Positions 13,251-25,930 of a stretch of DNA of 64,000 bases are shown here, piece after piece. The notes beneath the pieces were generated by a model. That model was not told the DNA's origin, ran no database searches, and worked only from the letters and a program-made list of their open reading frames with translations. Source of the DNA: Lama guanicoe (lineage: Eukaryota); the NCBI GenBank assembly GCA_013239625.1, contig MU053994.1:313775-377774 (forward strand). The letters are read 5' to 3'. Both the position numbers and the translations under genes were made by a program. The number at the start of each line of letters is the position of its first letter. Position 1 is the first letter of the stretch.

Positions 13251-14160
13251 AGTTGGCACATCTGGATATGGAACTTGGGTTTCCTGTTGTCTCATACAAT
13301 ATTTATTCCACTGTGCCCTCAATCAATTCTACATGGCCATCTTCAGAGGCTATTAAAGACAGGAGACGTGGTAGGCTCTCCGTTAGTGTTTTTTATGTTG
13401 TCAACTGTAGCTGTATTTTGTAATTCAAATTATCACAATGATTAAACACTTCTCTACTGTAACTGTCAAGATAGAAGCTAGAAAATCACAGTGTGAGGCA
13501 GCTGTATTGCTAGCCTAGGTGGTGAAAGAGGGCAGCTCTGCTGTGTGCCCTGGGAGTGTTACCAAAAGTTCAACATAGAGAGTGTTCCTCCAACCCTTCA
13601 AGCTCATTCTGTGAGCTTTTTATATTTATTTACAATTCCCTTTCTGCTTAATTAGATTCTGAAGTCTGAATCCTAAAACTTGTCGAATAAACCTGCCTAC
13701 AGCATTACAGCCAGTAATGGGCAGACCTAGGGCTTGAAGTCAGGTCTGACCCACTAAGTTGACCCTCTAACCTCTTCAATTCTAAGGTCTTAGAAACAAA
13801 AGAGAGAGGTTTACCCTGACCTTATTCCAGAGTAAATTTCTTTAGTTTTCAGAAGCAATTATACCATAAGTAGAGAGGCTTTGGGAAATGAAAATCTCTA
13901 ATCAGTTTATTGCAAGGAATTGTGGGTTTCAGTAAAAGAGCTAAAGTTATGAGCAGGATGGAAGAGGATATTTGCTGATTCCTTTGTCACTGCGGCGTCA
14001 AGGGAACCTTAGATGCCCTAGATGTTAAAGGAAAGACGTTAGGCTGCAAAGGATACTGAATTAACCACAGAAGCAAAGAGTTAGTAAACAGACCTTGATG
14101 GGAGTCGATATATTTTTGAAGAGTTAGTAGCAGGAATTGCAAGTGACCGAGAGATACTCG

Positions 14161-14677
14161 TGTTACTGAACGCAGTGTGCCCGATGAACAGTGAGGCCAA
14201 ACAAACTGAAATGTCGGAGTTTGGAGCAGAGAGACTTTTATTGCAGGCCAAGAAAGGAGAACAAGTGACTTGTGCTCAAAAACACACCCTGATGGTTTTC
14301 GGGGAGAAGTTTTTATAGGCAAAATTTTGGGTGAGGGCAGCAGGATGTGGAGCTAACAGGGTGGTGCTGCAAGAATCCTGTGTTCAGCCTGAAGTTACCA
14401 TTCTCCACCTGGATGGGGTCCTTAGTTCCTACAGAAGAACTCAAAGACATTGTTATGTATATTCCTTGAAGAACCAGGACCCTGCTTAATAGCTGTACTA
14501 TTGTTTCTTGACTGCTCCTCCTTTGTTTCTGCCTGCCCTCTCTTCCCTGATTAGTAATTGTTTGAGTCTACCCTCAGGAAAGGTCTTAGGAGGCCGAGTG
14601 AAGCCTACAAACAAGAAACAGAGGACACGGAAAGGATTTGTCCCTGGGAGGTCCACACAGGGTCCTTCTGCGTTTTA
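14161..14677 (-). mobile_element. ERV1-type solo LTR (MER41-like, family C)
   Basis: Begins TGTTACTGAA. Minus-strand AATAAA (~14238) and TATAAAA (~14312). Flanks CTCG/CTCA fit a 4-bp TSD with CpG decay. Confidence 0.8.
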
Positions 14678-14911
14678 CTCACTGTGAAGTGTGGGGATAC
14701 CATGAGGCCCTATGGGACTTCCGGCTGCAGCTTTTGGCTAGCTGCAGATTATTTAGTGGAATTATACTTCTTTACCATAGAAATCCTTTGTGTTTTGTGG
14801 CCAGGGCTCTTTCTGCTTTAGGAGTTAGTCTACTGAGCATTCCAGTGGTGATGACTCTCTTAAGTTTTTTTTAAATTGGAGGTTCATACTAAAAAAGAAA
14901 AGTTATTTCTT

Positions 14912-15404
14912 GGTCGACTGAAATCAATGCACAGCCTAAAAGTTGAGAGTTATGCTTTATTTGGCAGACATTTCTGAGGACTCGAGCCCCTTGAACCCAG
15001 CATGACAGCCTCTCAGGTGGCTCTGAGGGACTGCTCCGAAGAGGTAGGGGAGGGGCTAGGATATATAGAAGGTTTACAGCAAAGAGCAGGTAGTTGGAAC
15101 ATTAAAAGATTACTTGTTAACTGAAGAAAAACAGGCATCTCAAGTTAAAGAATTTAGAGCTTTTCTATGTATGGGAGGGAGCAAACATTCGGGCTCATTG
15201 AATTCATTCCTCTGACAAGCACCTAGCTAACTAGGGCCAGTATCCTGTCCGTCCTTATTCTGAGTTCCCTCAGAGTGCACCACGGTGAGTGGCTGCAGAG
15301 GCCGGGCTGCAGGCTTGTCTTCCCTGGGGGGTGGCGGCAGCCGCTGATGACTTGACGGCTTCAGCATTGTTTACTGATATGGTTTGCAGTATTTTTTGTT
15401 CACA
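14912..15404 (-). mobile_element. ERV1-type solo LTR, family A copy 2
   Basis: Homologous to 288-740; exact 4-bp TSD TCTT at 14908-14911 and 15405-15408. Confidence 0.9.
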
Positions 15405-15946
15405 TCTTCTACTATAGATCTTAATCCTAGAGATAGCTTTAGGTGATACATAGGTTTCAATGTTTTCATAATAAGGTCAGATGAAGCCCAATAACTCCTG
15501 GGTGTGGGGTAGGCTTGTGTTTGGGGACGATCATACAAAGAGTCTTTATGAGAAACATTTAAAAGCAAAGTGCAATTTGCCTAATAATAGCCCTCCTGGT
15601 AGAAAAGAATTGCTTTAACTTCTCTTGAGTGCTTTAATATCAACTCTGACAAAATGAACGCCTGTTGGCAATTTAACAGTTCCTTGGGTTTTAGCTGAAA
15701 GAAATTCAAATAAATGGGATGCTGCTAATGCTTGAGGTAAATGTGCAGTCTTCCAGGACTGGATTTAACTTGTTTTCCAAATATATATCACATAAAATAT
15801 ATGCAATACAAATATGTCACAATTATATGTCATTTAGATTTTTCTGCATTATTTTTTCTTTATTGTGTTATACTGATGCCTGATATCCCCAAACCTATGT
15901 GTATATTGGCTTTGCCACTGTGAGAGAGAATTAAATGGGAATCATG

Positions 15947-16470
15947 TGTGAATGAAAAATGTTGCCTGCCATATCAGCAAACAAAGGATGCTATGGCCAT
16001 CAAGCCATCAGCCACTATCGCCTTCCCACCCCCACGGTGAGCCCTGAGTGAACTCAGGATGGAGACAAACTGGGCTGCCCACTGCCAAGTCATCAGCCAC
16101 TGCAGCCACCCCCAGCAGTGCACCCGGAGGGGACTCAGGATGGGACAGAACAGGATACTGGCTCTAGACAGCTAAGGTGCATACCAAAAGAAAAATTTCA
16201 GTGAGCCCATATTTTTCCATCTTCCCATACACAGAAAAGTGCTAAATTCATTAACTTGAGATGTCTGACTTTCTTTAAGAGTAATCTTTTGCTGTTCTGA
16301 TTACCTATTGTTGCAAAACTCCTATGTATCCTGGTTCCTCTCTTACCTCTTCAGAGCAGTCCCTCAGAGCTATCTGAGAGGCTGCCTCTTGGGCTTGAAG
16401 TTCTCAGAAAGTCTGCCAAATAAAACAGAGTTCTCAACTTTAAGGCTGTGCATTTGTTTCTCACTTGACA
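15947..16470 (+). mobile_element. ERV1-type solo LTR, family A copy 3
   Basis: TGTGAATGAAAAATG...CACTTGACA; AATAAA near 16419; homologous to 288-740. Confidence 0.88.
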
Positions 16471-16529
16471 ATATGTCTTCTTAAGTTTCACATTTTTATT
16501 TTGCTCTGTGTGAGAATCATCCAAACACA

Positions 16530-17296
16530 CTCTAATTAAAAATGGTCAAAGGACCTAAATAAACATATCTTCAAAGAAGATAGACAAATGACAAATAAGC
16601 ACATGAAAAGACGCTGAGCATTATAATAATTAGGGAAATGTAAATCAAAACCACAATGAGATACCACTTCACATCCACTAGAATGGCTATAATTTAAAAA
16701 AAGACTATCACAAATATTGATGAGGATGTGGAGAAATTGGAACCTTCAAAGGTTAACAGAGAGTTAAATATATGAAGCAGCAATTCCACTTCTAGGTAGA
16801 CACCCAAGAAAAATGAAAACATATGTCCATACAAAAATCTGTCAATAGATGCTCATAGAAGAATTATTACAGCCAAAAAATAGAAACAACCAAAAATGTC
16901 TATCAACCAATAAATAGAATGTGGTATGTCCTTACAATAGGATATTATTAAATAAAATAAAGGAATGAAGTACTGACACATGCTACATGTATCAACCTTG
17001 AAGACATTATGCTAAGTAAAAGAAGCCCATTGCAAACTAACACACTGTGCATTTCCATTTATGAAACACCCATAATAGACAATTCTATAGAGACACAAAG
17101 ATTATTGGTTGCCTAGGGCTGAAGGATTGGGAGAAGGTGGGGAGTGACTGCTAATGGATATGGGGTTTCTTTTTGGAATGATGAAAATATTCTAAAATTG
17201 ACTGTGGTGATGATTGCATAATTCTATGACTATACCAAATACCATTGAAATGTACACTTTAAATGGGTAAATTTCATGGTATGTAAATTATATCTG
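16530..17296 (+). mobile_element. Old L1MB-like 3' fragment (ORF2 end and 3' UTR)
   Basis: AATCAAAACCACAATGAGATACCACTTCACA...AAATGGGTAAATTTCATGGTATGTAAATTATATCT. Confidence 0.8.
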
Positions 17297-17385
17297 ATAT
17301 ATACATAGTATATCTGACATATGTATATTTAAATCCAAAGGGCTTGCTATGAGGGTATATGTTTTAAGGCAAATATAGATTTACA

Positions 17386-17947
17386 ATTTTTTTGATTGAA
17401 GTACAATCAGTTACAATGTGTCAATTTCTGGTGTACAGCACGATGTCCCAGTCATGCATATACATACATATATTCATTTTCATATTCTTTTTCATTAAAG
17501 GTTATTACAAGATATTGAACATAGTTCCCTGTGCTATACAACAGAAATTTTTTAAAAAATCTATTTTTATATATAGTGACCAACATTTGCAAATCTCAAA
17601 CTCCCAAATTTATCCCTTCCCACCTCCTTTTCCTGGTAACCATATGATTGCTTACTATGTCTGTGAGTCTGTTTCTGTCTTGTATATGAGTTCATAGTGT
17701 CCTTTTTTCTTTCTTTTTAGATTCCACATATGAATATCATGTGGTATTTTTCTTTCTCTTTCTGGCTTTACTTAGAATTACGATCTCTAGGTCTATCCAT
17801 GTTGCTGCAAGTGGCATTATTTTATTATTTTCGATGGCCGAGTAGTATTCCATTGTATAAATATACCACCCAGTAATCTTGGCTATTGTATATAGTGCTG
17901 CTATGAACATTGGGGTGCATGCATCTTTTCAAATTAGACTCCCCTCT

Positions 17948-17992
<45 letters not shown>

Positions 17993-18622
17993 CAGAAGTG
18001 GGATTGCTGGATCCTATGGTAAGTCTATTTTCAGTTTTTCGAGGAATCTCCAACCTGTTTTCCATAATGGCTACACCAAACTAGATTCCCACCAGCAGTT
18101 TAGGAAGGTTCCCTTTTCTCCACTGCCTCTCCAGCATTTATAGTTCATGAACTTTTGAATGATGGCCATTCTGACTGGTGTGAGGTGATACCTCATTGTA
18201 GTTTTGCTTTGCATTTCTCTGATAATTAGTGATATTGAGCATTTTTTCATGTGTCTATTGATCATTTGTATTTCTTCCTTGGAGAATTGCTTGTTTAGGT
18301 CTTCTGCCCATTTTTGGATTGGGTTATTTATTTTTTTCTTATTGATTCGTATGAGCTGCTTATATATTCTGGAAATTAAGCCTTTGTCAGTCACATCATT
18401 TGCAAATATTTTCTCCCATTCCGTAGGTTGTCATTTTGTTTTGTTTATGGTTTCCTGTCCAAAAGCTTATAAGTTTAATTAGGTCCCATTTGTTTATTTT
18501 TGCTCTTATTTCTGTTGCCTGGGTAAACTGCCCTAGGAGAATATTGCTAAGATTTATGTCGGAGAATGTTTTGCCTATGTTTTCTTCTAGGAGATTTATC
18601 GTGTCTTGTCTCATATTTAAGT
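17386..18622 (-). mobile_element. Lineage-specific L1, 5'-truncated, with ORF2 C-terminal remnant and canonical 3' UTR
   Basis: ORF-track peptides [13 protein letters not shown]...[13 protein letters not shown]...CWRG.GEKGT and INKWDLIKL are L1 ORF2; poly-T at the left end. Confidence 0.92.
17951..17990. repeat. (TA)n microsatellite inside L1
   Basis: Uninterrupted TA run of 40 nt. Confidence 0.95.
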
Positions 18623-19054
18623 TAAACTAGATAATGGAGAGAAGGTCTGGTTCTAGGATACACACAAGAAAGATAGTTGGTTCTGTGGTTAATATATTAT
18701 AAGCATAATTTTAACTTCCCAGACAGGTCTCTAAATCTAATCAACATTTAATAGAAAAGTGCTCAAACATTTTTATCAGAAATGTGAATACTTTCCAGGA
18801 GAGGTTGTTAATAACATCTTCAAAAAGTTCTGCTCCAGTCCACCTTTGGTAAGGCTTAAGAAAATTTTGTTCCCATAGAACTAGGTTCAGTGCCAGTTAT
18901 GGCATTTAGTAGTTTTATGACCTTTGGTAAATTACTTAAACTCTTTGTGTCTTTGTTTTCTTAGCTGTAAGATGGGGACAATAATATCTATCTCACAGGA
19001 CTACCCTAGGGTTTTAATGCCTGGCACAGAGAAAATGTTCAATTAATTCTAGTT

Positions 19055-19100
19055 TCCTTCCTTCCTTCCTTCCTTCCTTCCTTCCTTCCTTCCTTCCTTC
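19055..19100. repeat. (CCTT)n microsatellite after a MIR fragment (~18885-19050)
   Basis: Direct tetranucleotide run. Confidence 0.95.
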
Positions 19101-19461
19101 ATTTCTTTTTTCTTCCTTTCTTCTTCTTTGAGAGGTCAAGTGAGCTGATAAAGAGTAATGACCACCTTGTGCCCTTATGATAATCTTAAACAAAAAAGTA
19201 TAAGGTGATATTGGGGAAAGTGGGAGAGTGAAAGATGGCTGGAGAAGAGAAAAGAATAAAAAATGTAGGAGGCCGAGACATCATACCCCCATTTTAAAAA
19301 TAAAGTTCTCCATAATAATGCTGGCACTGGGGGTGAGGAAGTGGTCAGCAGAATAGAATACCTGATATTCTGAAAATTAAGCCTCATTGTCTATATCAAC
19401 ATTAAGCACTCACATACACATACTAGAAAATAGACTGATTCAGCCTTAATGATATAAGTAG

Positions 19462-19600
19462 ATTTGCATTGAACTGAAAATATGTCCATGTGAAAGTATA
19501 TCAAAATTAAAAGCTCATTTGCATATATATTATCAGTTAGAGAAAATGTTCATTGCAAGATAATCCGCCCTCTAGGAGAGGCCATTAGGTTGATTTGCAT
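19462..19600. promoter_or_regulatory. Homotypic cluster of three octamer (POU) motifs, candidate enhancer
   Basis: ATTTGCAT at 19462-19469, 19517-19524 and 19593-19600 in non-repetitive sequence. Confidence 0.5.
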
Positions 19601-19919
19601 TCATTTAAATGTTCATGTGGGACATTGATTTTGTCTGTGCAATTACGAGGGTAGTTAATACATTGTGCTATTAAAACAGTTAAAAGACTGCACAGAAGTT
19701 GTAATACACGAAAGTGAGAATGCATGGGCCCAACTAGAAGGAAAGCTTCTTACATAAATAGACACCCTTCCTTCAGTGTGGGCAAAGAAATTGAAACTAG
19801 TCACTCCACACAAATCTCTCTCCACCCAGTGTTATTCTTGGAGCAGGGATTCATGAATGAACGGAGAGTCATTTTTATAGTAAGCAAAATAATAAGTAAA
19901 TTACATAATATGTTAGAAG

Positions 19920-20484
19920 AGGTAGCAGATTGTAAGTATGGCCCCAGATTCTTCCCACTCCTGTTTGGACACCCTTCTACCATGTAATTTTTGTAGTATG
20001 AATTTGTAGGTCTTCTTACCAAGAATTGGAATCTATTTCTCAAATACGCTAAATCTAGGCTGGCCATTTGACTTTACTTCGGCCAATAGGACATTAGCAA
20101 ATAAAGCAAAAACAGAAGCAAGATATGAAAAGTGCTAGCTTGCTGGGGCTTACTCCCTTACTGCTCTTGGAACCCTCAAACCACTATGTGACTGACTCCA
20201 AGGAAGACTGCTGGAAGATGAGAAAGCTATGTGGGAGAGAACAGAGGTCCCTCAGCCTGCCAACCACTACACATGTGAATGAGGCCATTCTGGATCATTC
20301 AGCCATTAGCTGGCCTGCCAGCTGACCACAGATGCATGAGCAAACCCAGGAGAGATCAGCTGAGTCAGTCCAGGCCAGAAGAACTGCACAGCTAACCTAT
20401 AGTCTATGAGCTCAGTAAAATGGTGGCTGTTTTAAGCTTCTAAGTTTGCAGTATTTTGTGATGCAAAAGTGGCTAATGGGTACT
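19920..20484 (+). mobile_element. MaLR MLT1-family LTR
   Basis: GGTAGCAGATTGTAAGTATGGCCCC start; ACATGTGAATGAGGCCATTCTGGA; TGTTTTAAGCTTCTAAGTTTG near the end. Confidence 0.75.
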
Positions 20485-22542
20485 GAAGGTTATAAATACT
20501 TGAGAGAGAAATAGAGCAGAGAAGGAGGGAGTAGAAGTATGTGTATGTTTTTCTTGGGGGGATATGTTGCCCCCCCCCCCGCCAAGTTATTTTAAATAAC
20601 TTTGTCAGGGAAGGCTTTGCTGAGCAGATAATGTTTGACTAAACACGTGAAGGAGATAAGGAAGTGATTCATGGGGTTATTTAAGAGAACATGCCTTGCA
20701 AAGGGGACAGCAAGTTGAAAGTTCCTGAGGCTCAATGTGTCTGGCTTCTTTGAAGAAAAGCAAGGTCAGGGTGTCTGGAGGGCGAAGAGGTAATAGGAGG
20801 CCAACTATTTCAGGAGTTCCCTATTAACCTCTGGGAAGAGACTTCCAAATTATAGGAGGTGACCCCCCTGTGGCTTTCCATGTCTGATAGGAGACCACAC
20901 TAAGGAATCAGTCCAGAGGTAGGAAACTGACACAAGTTGGGCCAACCAGTTTCTTCCTCCTGGAAATTTGAAATTTGGGACACAGAAATGCAGAGATTGG
21001 GAGGTGTTAGAGCTGAAGTCACCTTACTGGCTGCACTCAACAGATCCAAGATCCACACCCAGCTGTCGTTGAATTTCTAGGGCTGGCTTGCTTCTGGTCC
21101 GTGTCAAGGCTTAGGAGCGGAACTTGTTTTTTGGGCTGTGGAACACCCCTGAATCATTACAATGAATTTGCTCTAACTCTCATTCGTTTTCCTTAAATAA
21201 GGCAAAGTTAATTTTTGTTGCTTGTGAATAAAAGAGCCTTAACTAATATAATCATCTTGTGATTTCTCTCTTGTCGTTTAATATATGCCTTCTCTTCTGA
21301 AATGGATTATTAGATTCTTAGAAACGAGAATAATTTCTTCCATTTATTTTGCATCTTTCCTCTACCCAGCTGTGCTTATAGGACAAGATAATGACAGCTA
21401 AGCATTCATTCAGTGTCTATAATGTATCAAACACTGTGCTAAGTGCTTATGTAGATTATCTTATTTAAAGTTCACAATAATTCTATGAATAATTGCTTTG
21501 ATTAGCTCCATTTTTACCAATGAGGAAACAGAGGCTAGAGAGGCGACATGGCTAATAAATGGTGGAGTGTGGACTCAAACTCAGGCAATCCCACCCCAAA
21601 ACCTACATTCTTTCAGGACCCAGCACTGAGTAGGTACTTAAAGACACTTGTGTATTTTTTCATTGAAGAATGTCCCAAAGTATCCCCAAATCACCTTCTG
21701 GGATGATCAACTGGCCTTCACCAGCCAGACAGGGCTTCATCAGTCTCCCTCTACTGTGGGTGGAGAGCTTCCTTCTAGGAACTTATTATCAGTGATGAGT
21801 TAGGGGCTGTGATGTAGGCAGCAGAAAACCATTCCTGCTCAGAAAGTGTTCCTTATCCCATCAGGGCCAGACATGACAAAATGGGTCACATTTGGGGTTA
21901 ACATTCTTGTTAAAATGTAAATAAGTTATGCAAATGTAAGTATGTATAACATGACATGAATTCATCAACATACATCAGTATATGCTAATTTACCAGGAAA
22001 AAACCCACAAACTTCTGTGAGGGCAAGGCCTGTGGCTACTGTATTCATTTTTGCATCTCAGGTACCTCACACATACACTGACTCACAGTATGTACTCAAT
22101 AAAAAAAATTGCCAAATGAGTTGGATGAATGAAGAGTTAGGCATCAGCGAATAAGGGTCCAGCTAGGATAGTTTAAATACAGAGAATTACTCACTCTTGA
22201 TGGATGTATATGAATCTTACTAAATGAGTTTTATCATTCTTCTGATTTGTAGGGGTGTCTATGTTGTAAATGTGCAGTGGGTAAACTTGGATGAGACCAT
22301 TCACCTGTGTTTTGGAGGTAAGTCTCCCAGGAAGGGTGAGATGATAGTTTGAGTTAATAACCCAGACAAGACTGTCCGAGAGGAATACAATGGGAGAGCC
22401 GTGATGAGTGGCAAAGCAGGAACATGTCCTCTGACTCTAATTTGAGGGCAGAATAGATATTCACTGCATCAACCATAGGGAGCTAGAAGGTAGATGAGAA
22501 ATCTGCATGGAGAAGTTGCCTGGTACAACAGGAAAGAACACT

Positions 22543-22963
22543 GTGGTGGAATACACTGATGGCTCCAATTCCTCATCCCTTCCTATATAGAAGTCCATTG
22601 TCATGTAACTTTGCAGTGCCTTCCTGGGTTGGGTGCACTTCTCTGTCCCTTGACTTTGAGTTCAACCAAAGGATTTTATTTTGCCAACAGAATGAGATGG
22701 CAATGATGCTGCTCCAGTTCTGAGCCTAGGAAGGGACTTTGCACATTTCCTCTTGTGTCTTGCCCTTTTACTATGGCTATAAGAAAAATATGCCTGCACT
22801 AGCCTTCTAGTCCCACAGACTCAGTGCAGCAGAATCACCTCCAACCAAGCTCACTCTAAATCAACTGACTCTCATCTAACCCGCAGATACATGAGAGTAA
22901 ATGATTTTGGTCTTAAGCCACTGATTTTGGGGGCATCAGTTTATGGCTATGGCTGATTGATAC
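22543..22963 (+). mobile_element. MaLR MLT1-family LTR, followed by a MIR fragment
   Basis: TGTGGTGGAATACACTGATGGCTCC ... TTAAGCCACTGATTTTGGGG...TGATACA. Confidence 0.7.
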
Positions 22964-24334
22964 AAGCACCAAACTTACAGAAGGATAGACCTTACTTTGA
23001 ATTCTGGCTCTTTCACTGATTGGCTATGTGCCCATGGAGAGATCATTTAAACATTCCGAGCCTCAGTTTTCTCATCAGTAAAATAGGTATGATGATACCT
23101 ATCTTATCTGTTAGGGCTGCTAAGGGGAATATCAAAGATACATGTGAAGATCTTCATGTTATAGAATTATAGAGTAATGCTTTTTTTCTTTATTACTGGA
23201 GATAATTGATTCTCTCTACAATACTTCTTATTTTTTTCTTCCTTGGTGTGTTAGTGTTCTCATTTAAAATGTCACATTGTCACAACTGTTTTACCCCATG
23301 ACAAAGTTTTAACAAGGGGACAGTGAGCCTCTGGGGGTCACAGTGCTAGTGGGAACATCTAGAAGATTGGAAGACCGTCAGGAGGAATAATGTAACTCAG
23401 GTGGGCAAAATCAACACCTCCCCACTTGATGACTGTGCTCGAGTATTTGGCTTAGTAAGAAATCATTCCAAGATACTCAGAGGGAAGATCTGGAACCATC
23501 TTAAGCAGCCCAACTGTCCTTGGTCTCCTGACCACCTTTGGTGTCAAAGTCTAGAGATGGACCAAAAGACAAAAGGAGGCGAGGAAGAGAAAATCCCACC
23601 AGCTATCCTAATGTGATACTTCCCAACTCCCAGGGCGCTGTATTCAATGGGCTGGAGATACAAAAACACCCAGCCCTTCGACCCACATAATCCAGCTGCA
23701 AGTTCTTACCCTCTTCTGAGCTTACAACCCATTCTCTGTCCCCAGCTCATTTGCCATTTACTTGTTTGCTGCCTCACGTTGCGGGTGTGCTACTCCGTGA
23801 CTATGATCATGGTATCTCAGTGCCATGTGGCTTCCTCATAATTTTACCTGTCAGACCTTTTCTTTTATGTTGGGTACGGATGAGAAGGGACTATTTCCAC
23901 AACAAAACAGATTTACAGATTGATAGTTGGCTTGTGACAGTTTAATGCCAAGGTGTTATAGGACTACCTGCCAGTGAAGAGAGAGTCCAGTGGAATCAGA
24001 TTAATGATTAATTGGGCTTTTCAGATTTAAAGAAAAAATCAAGCAATACATCAAATAGACTTTGTATAATTTACAAGTATTAGTAAGTATGTGGGGGAAT
24101 ACTTACTGCATAATAGTCATTATTTGTTCTCTTAAGCATAACAACTTTGTCCATGGAGATGAGGCTGAATGGTACTGAAACAGGTCCTGCTTTCTAGAAG
24201 ATAATATTTAGGGAGTTGAACACACACACACACACACAGTGGAGAGGCTTTAACTCCTTTAACTCTTTTATTTATTGCCATATTCCTAATGCCAAGAACA
24301 GTCCCTGGCATATAGCAGGCAAATATGAACGCAG

Positions 24335-25930
24335 ATATTTCTTGACTGCCTACTACCAGCCAGATCATGTTCTAGGCACACTAGATGGATACTTATGGAT
24401 ACTCCATTAAGTAAAACAGAAATGCATGTTTTCATGGAGTTTATATGGTACAAGTGGGAGACTGAAACTAAAGAAATAAATGAATACACTATTTAGTATG
24501 GCAGATGGGATGAGAACTCTGGGGGGAGAATAAAGCAGGAAAGGGGGATAGGGAGTGCTGGGGTTTGGTGGGAGAGTCACTATTTTAAGTTGGGTAGTCA
24601 AGGAAGACCTCAGGGGTGGATGAGTTTTGAAGAGAAACCTAAGGTTGTTGAGAGAGTGAGCAGCCCTGAGGGTATCTCAGGGAAGAGAGTTCTAGGCAGA
24701 GGGAACAGTCAGTGTGCCAGCCTTGGATGTGGAGGGAACAGCAAGGAGGCCAGCATGACTAGAGTGGAGTACGCTAGGGAGACGGAGCAAGAGGACAGGT
24801 TTAGAGAGAGGGCAGGGGTGAGGTCATGCAGGGACTAAGTGACTATTGTAAGAATCAGGCTTTTACTCTGAGGGAGACAGAGAGGCAATGGGAGGCTTTT
24901 GAACAGCTAAATGGCATGTTTGGAATTGCATTTTTTAAAATAAATAAATGACTGAATTATTAATAAATTGTGCAGAATAGACACATTTCATGTTCAGAAA
25001 AACTGCAACTAATTTATGCAGATGCCTCACACTCAAGGAGATGGAACATAACTTCCCACCCCTTAAAAGTGTGGGTTGTGACTTTCTTCCAAAGAGTACA
25101 GTAGGAAAAGGAAAAACAACAACAACAAAAACCCCCAGTAACTTTAAAGGGGAGAAACCTGCCAAACACTTCCTCAGCCAGGTGACCAAGGTCAACATCA
25201 ACACTAAGTCATACTGACAGTATATACAGGGGATTTATTATTTTAAAAGTAGATGGATATTATGCATAATATTTTCTTTTTAGATACTTTCTAATTACAG
25301 AATAACTATTATTTGTCCCTATATAATTATTTGCTATTCTTAGTAGAAGAATACTCAGAATATGGAATCATTTTTTTAAATCAATATAGATAGCAAGGGT
25401 ATATACTACCAATATGGAATTGTACTGTTGAAGGATCATTCCAGCTACCATGGGAGAAAAGACTATAGGGGGCAAAGGGCAGAAGCAAGAAGGTCAGTCG
25501 GGCTGTTTGTAATAACACAGCAGAGACGATGGTGGCTGGAGAAGGATAGTAGCAGTGCAGGTTGTAAGAAGTGGTCAGATTCAAGATGTATCTTGAAGAT
25601 AAAATAGGCAGGGTTTGCTAATGGATTGGATGTGGAACATTAGAAAGAGAGAAGTCAAAAATGATCTAATGACTGTAGCTTGTGCATCAATATGGATGGA
25701 GATGCCATTCAACAAGATGAGGAAGACCTCAGAATGAGAAGATCTGATGGAAATCTCAAGAGTTGGATTTTGTACAACGTTAAGTTCCAGATTCTTATTA
25801 GCCATCCAAGTGAGGATGTTAAGCAGGTGGCTGGATAAGTATCTGGAATTCAGAGGAAATGTTTGGACCACAGCTATAAATCTGGGAGTCATTAAAAATA
25901 ACTAAAAACTCAAGCCTGGATTAGATCACA
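24335..25930 (-). mobile_element. L2 element interrupted by an L1MC fragment (~24935-25230, + strand)
   Basis: L2 blocks GTTCTAGGCAGAGGGAACAGT, GGAACAGCAAGGAGGCCAG and GGGTTTGCTAATGGATTGGATGTGG; L1MC block GGTGACCAAGGTCAACATCAAC. Confidence 0.7.
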
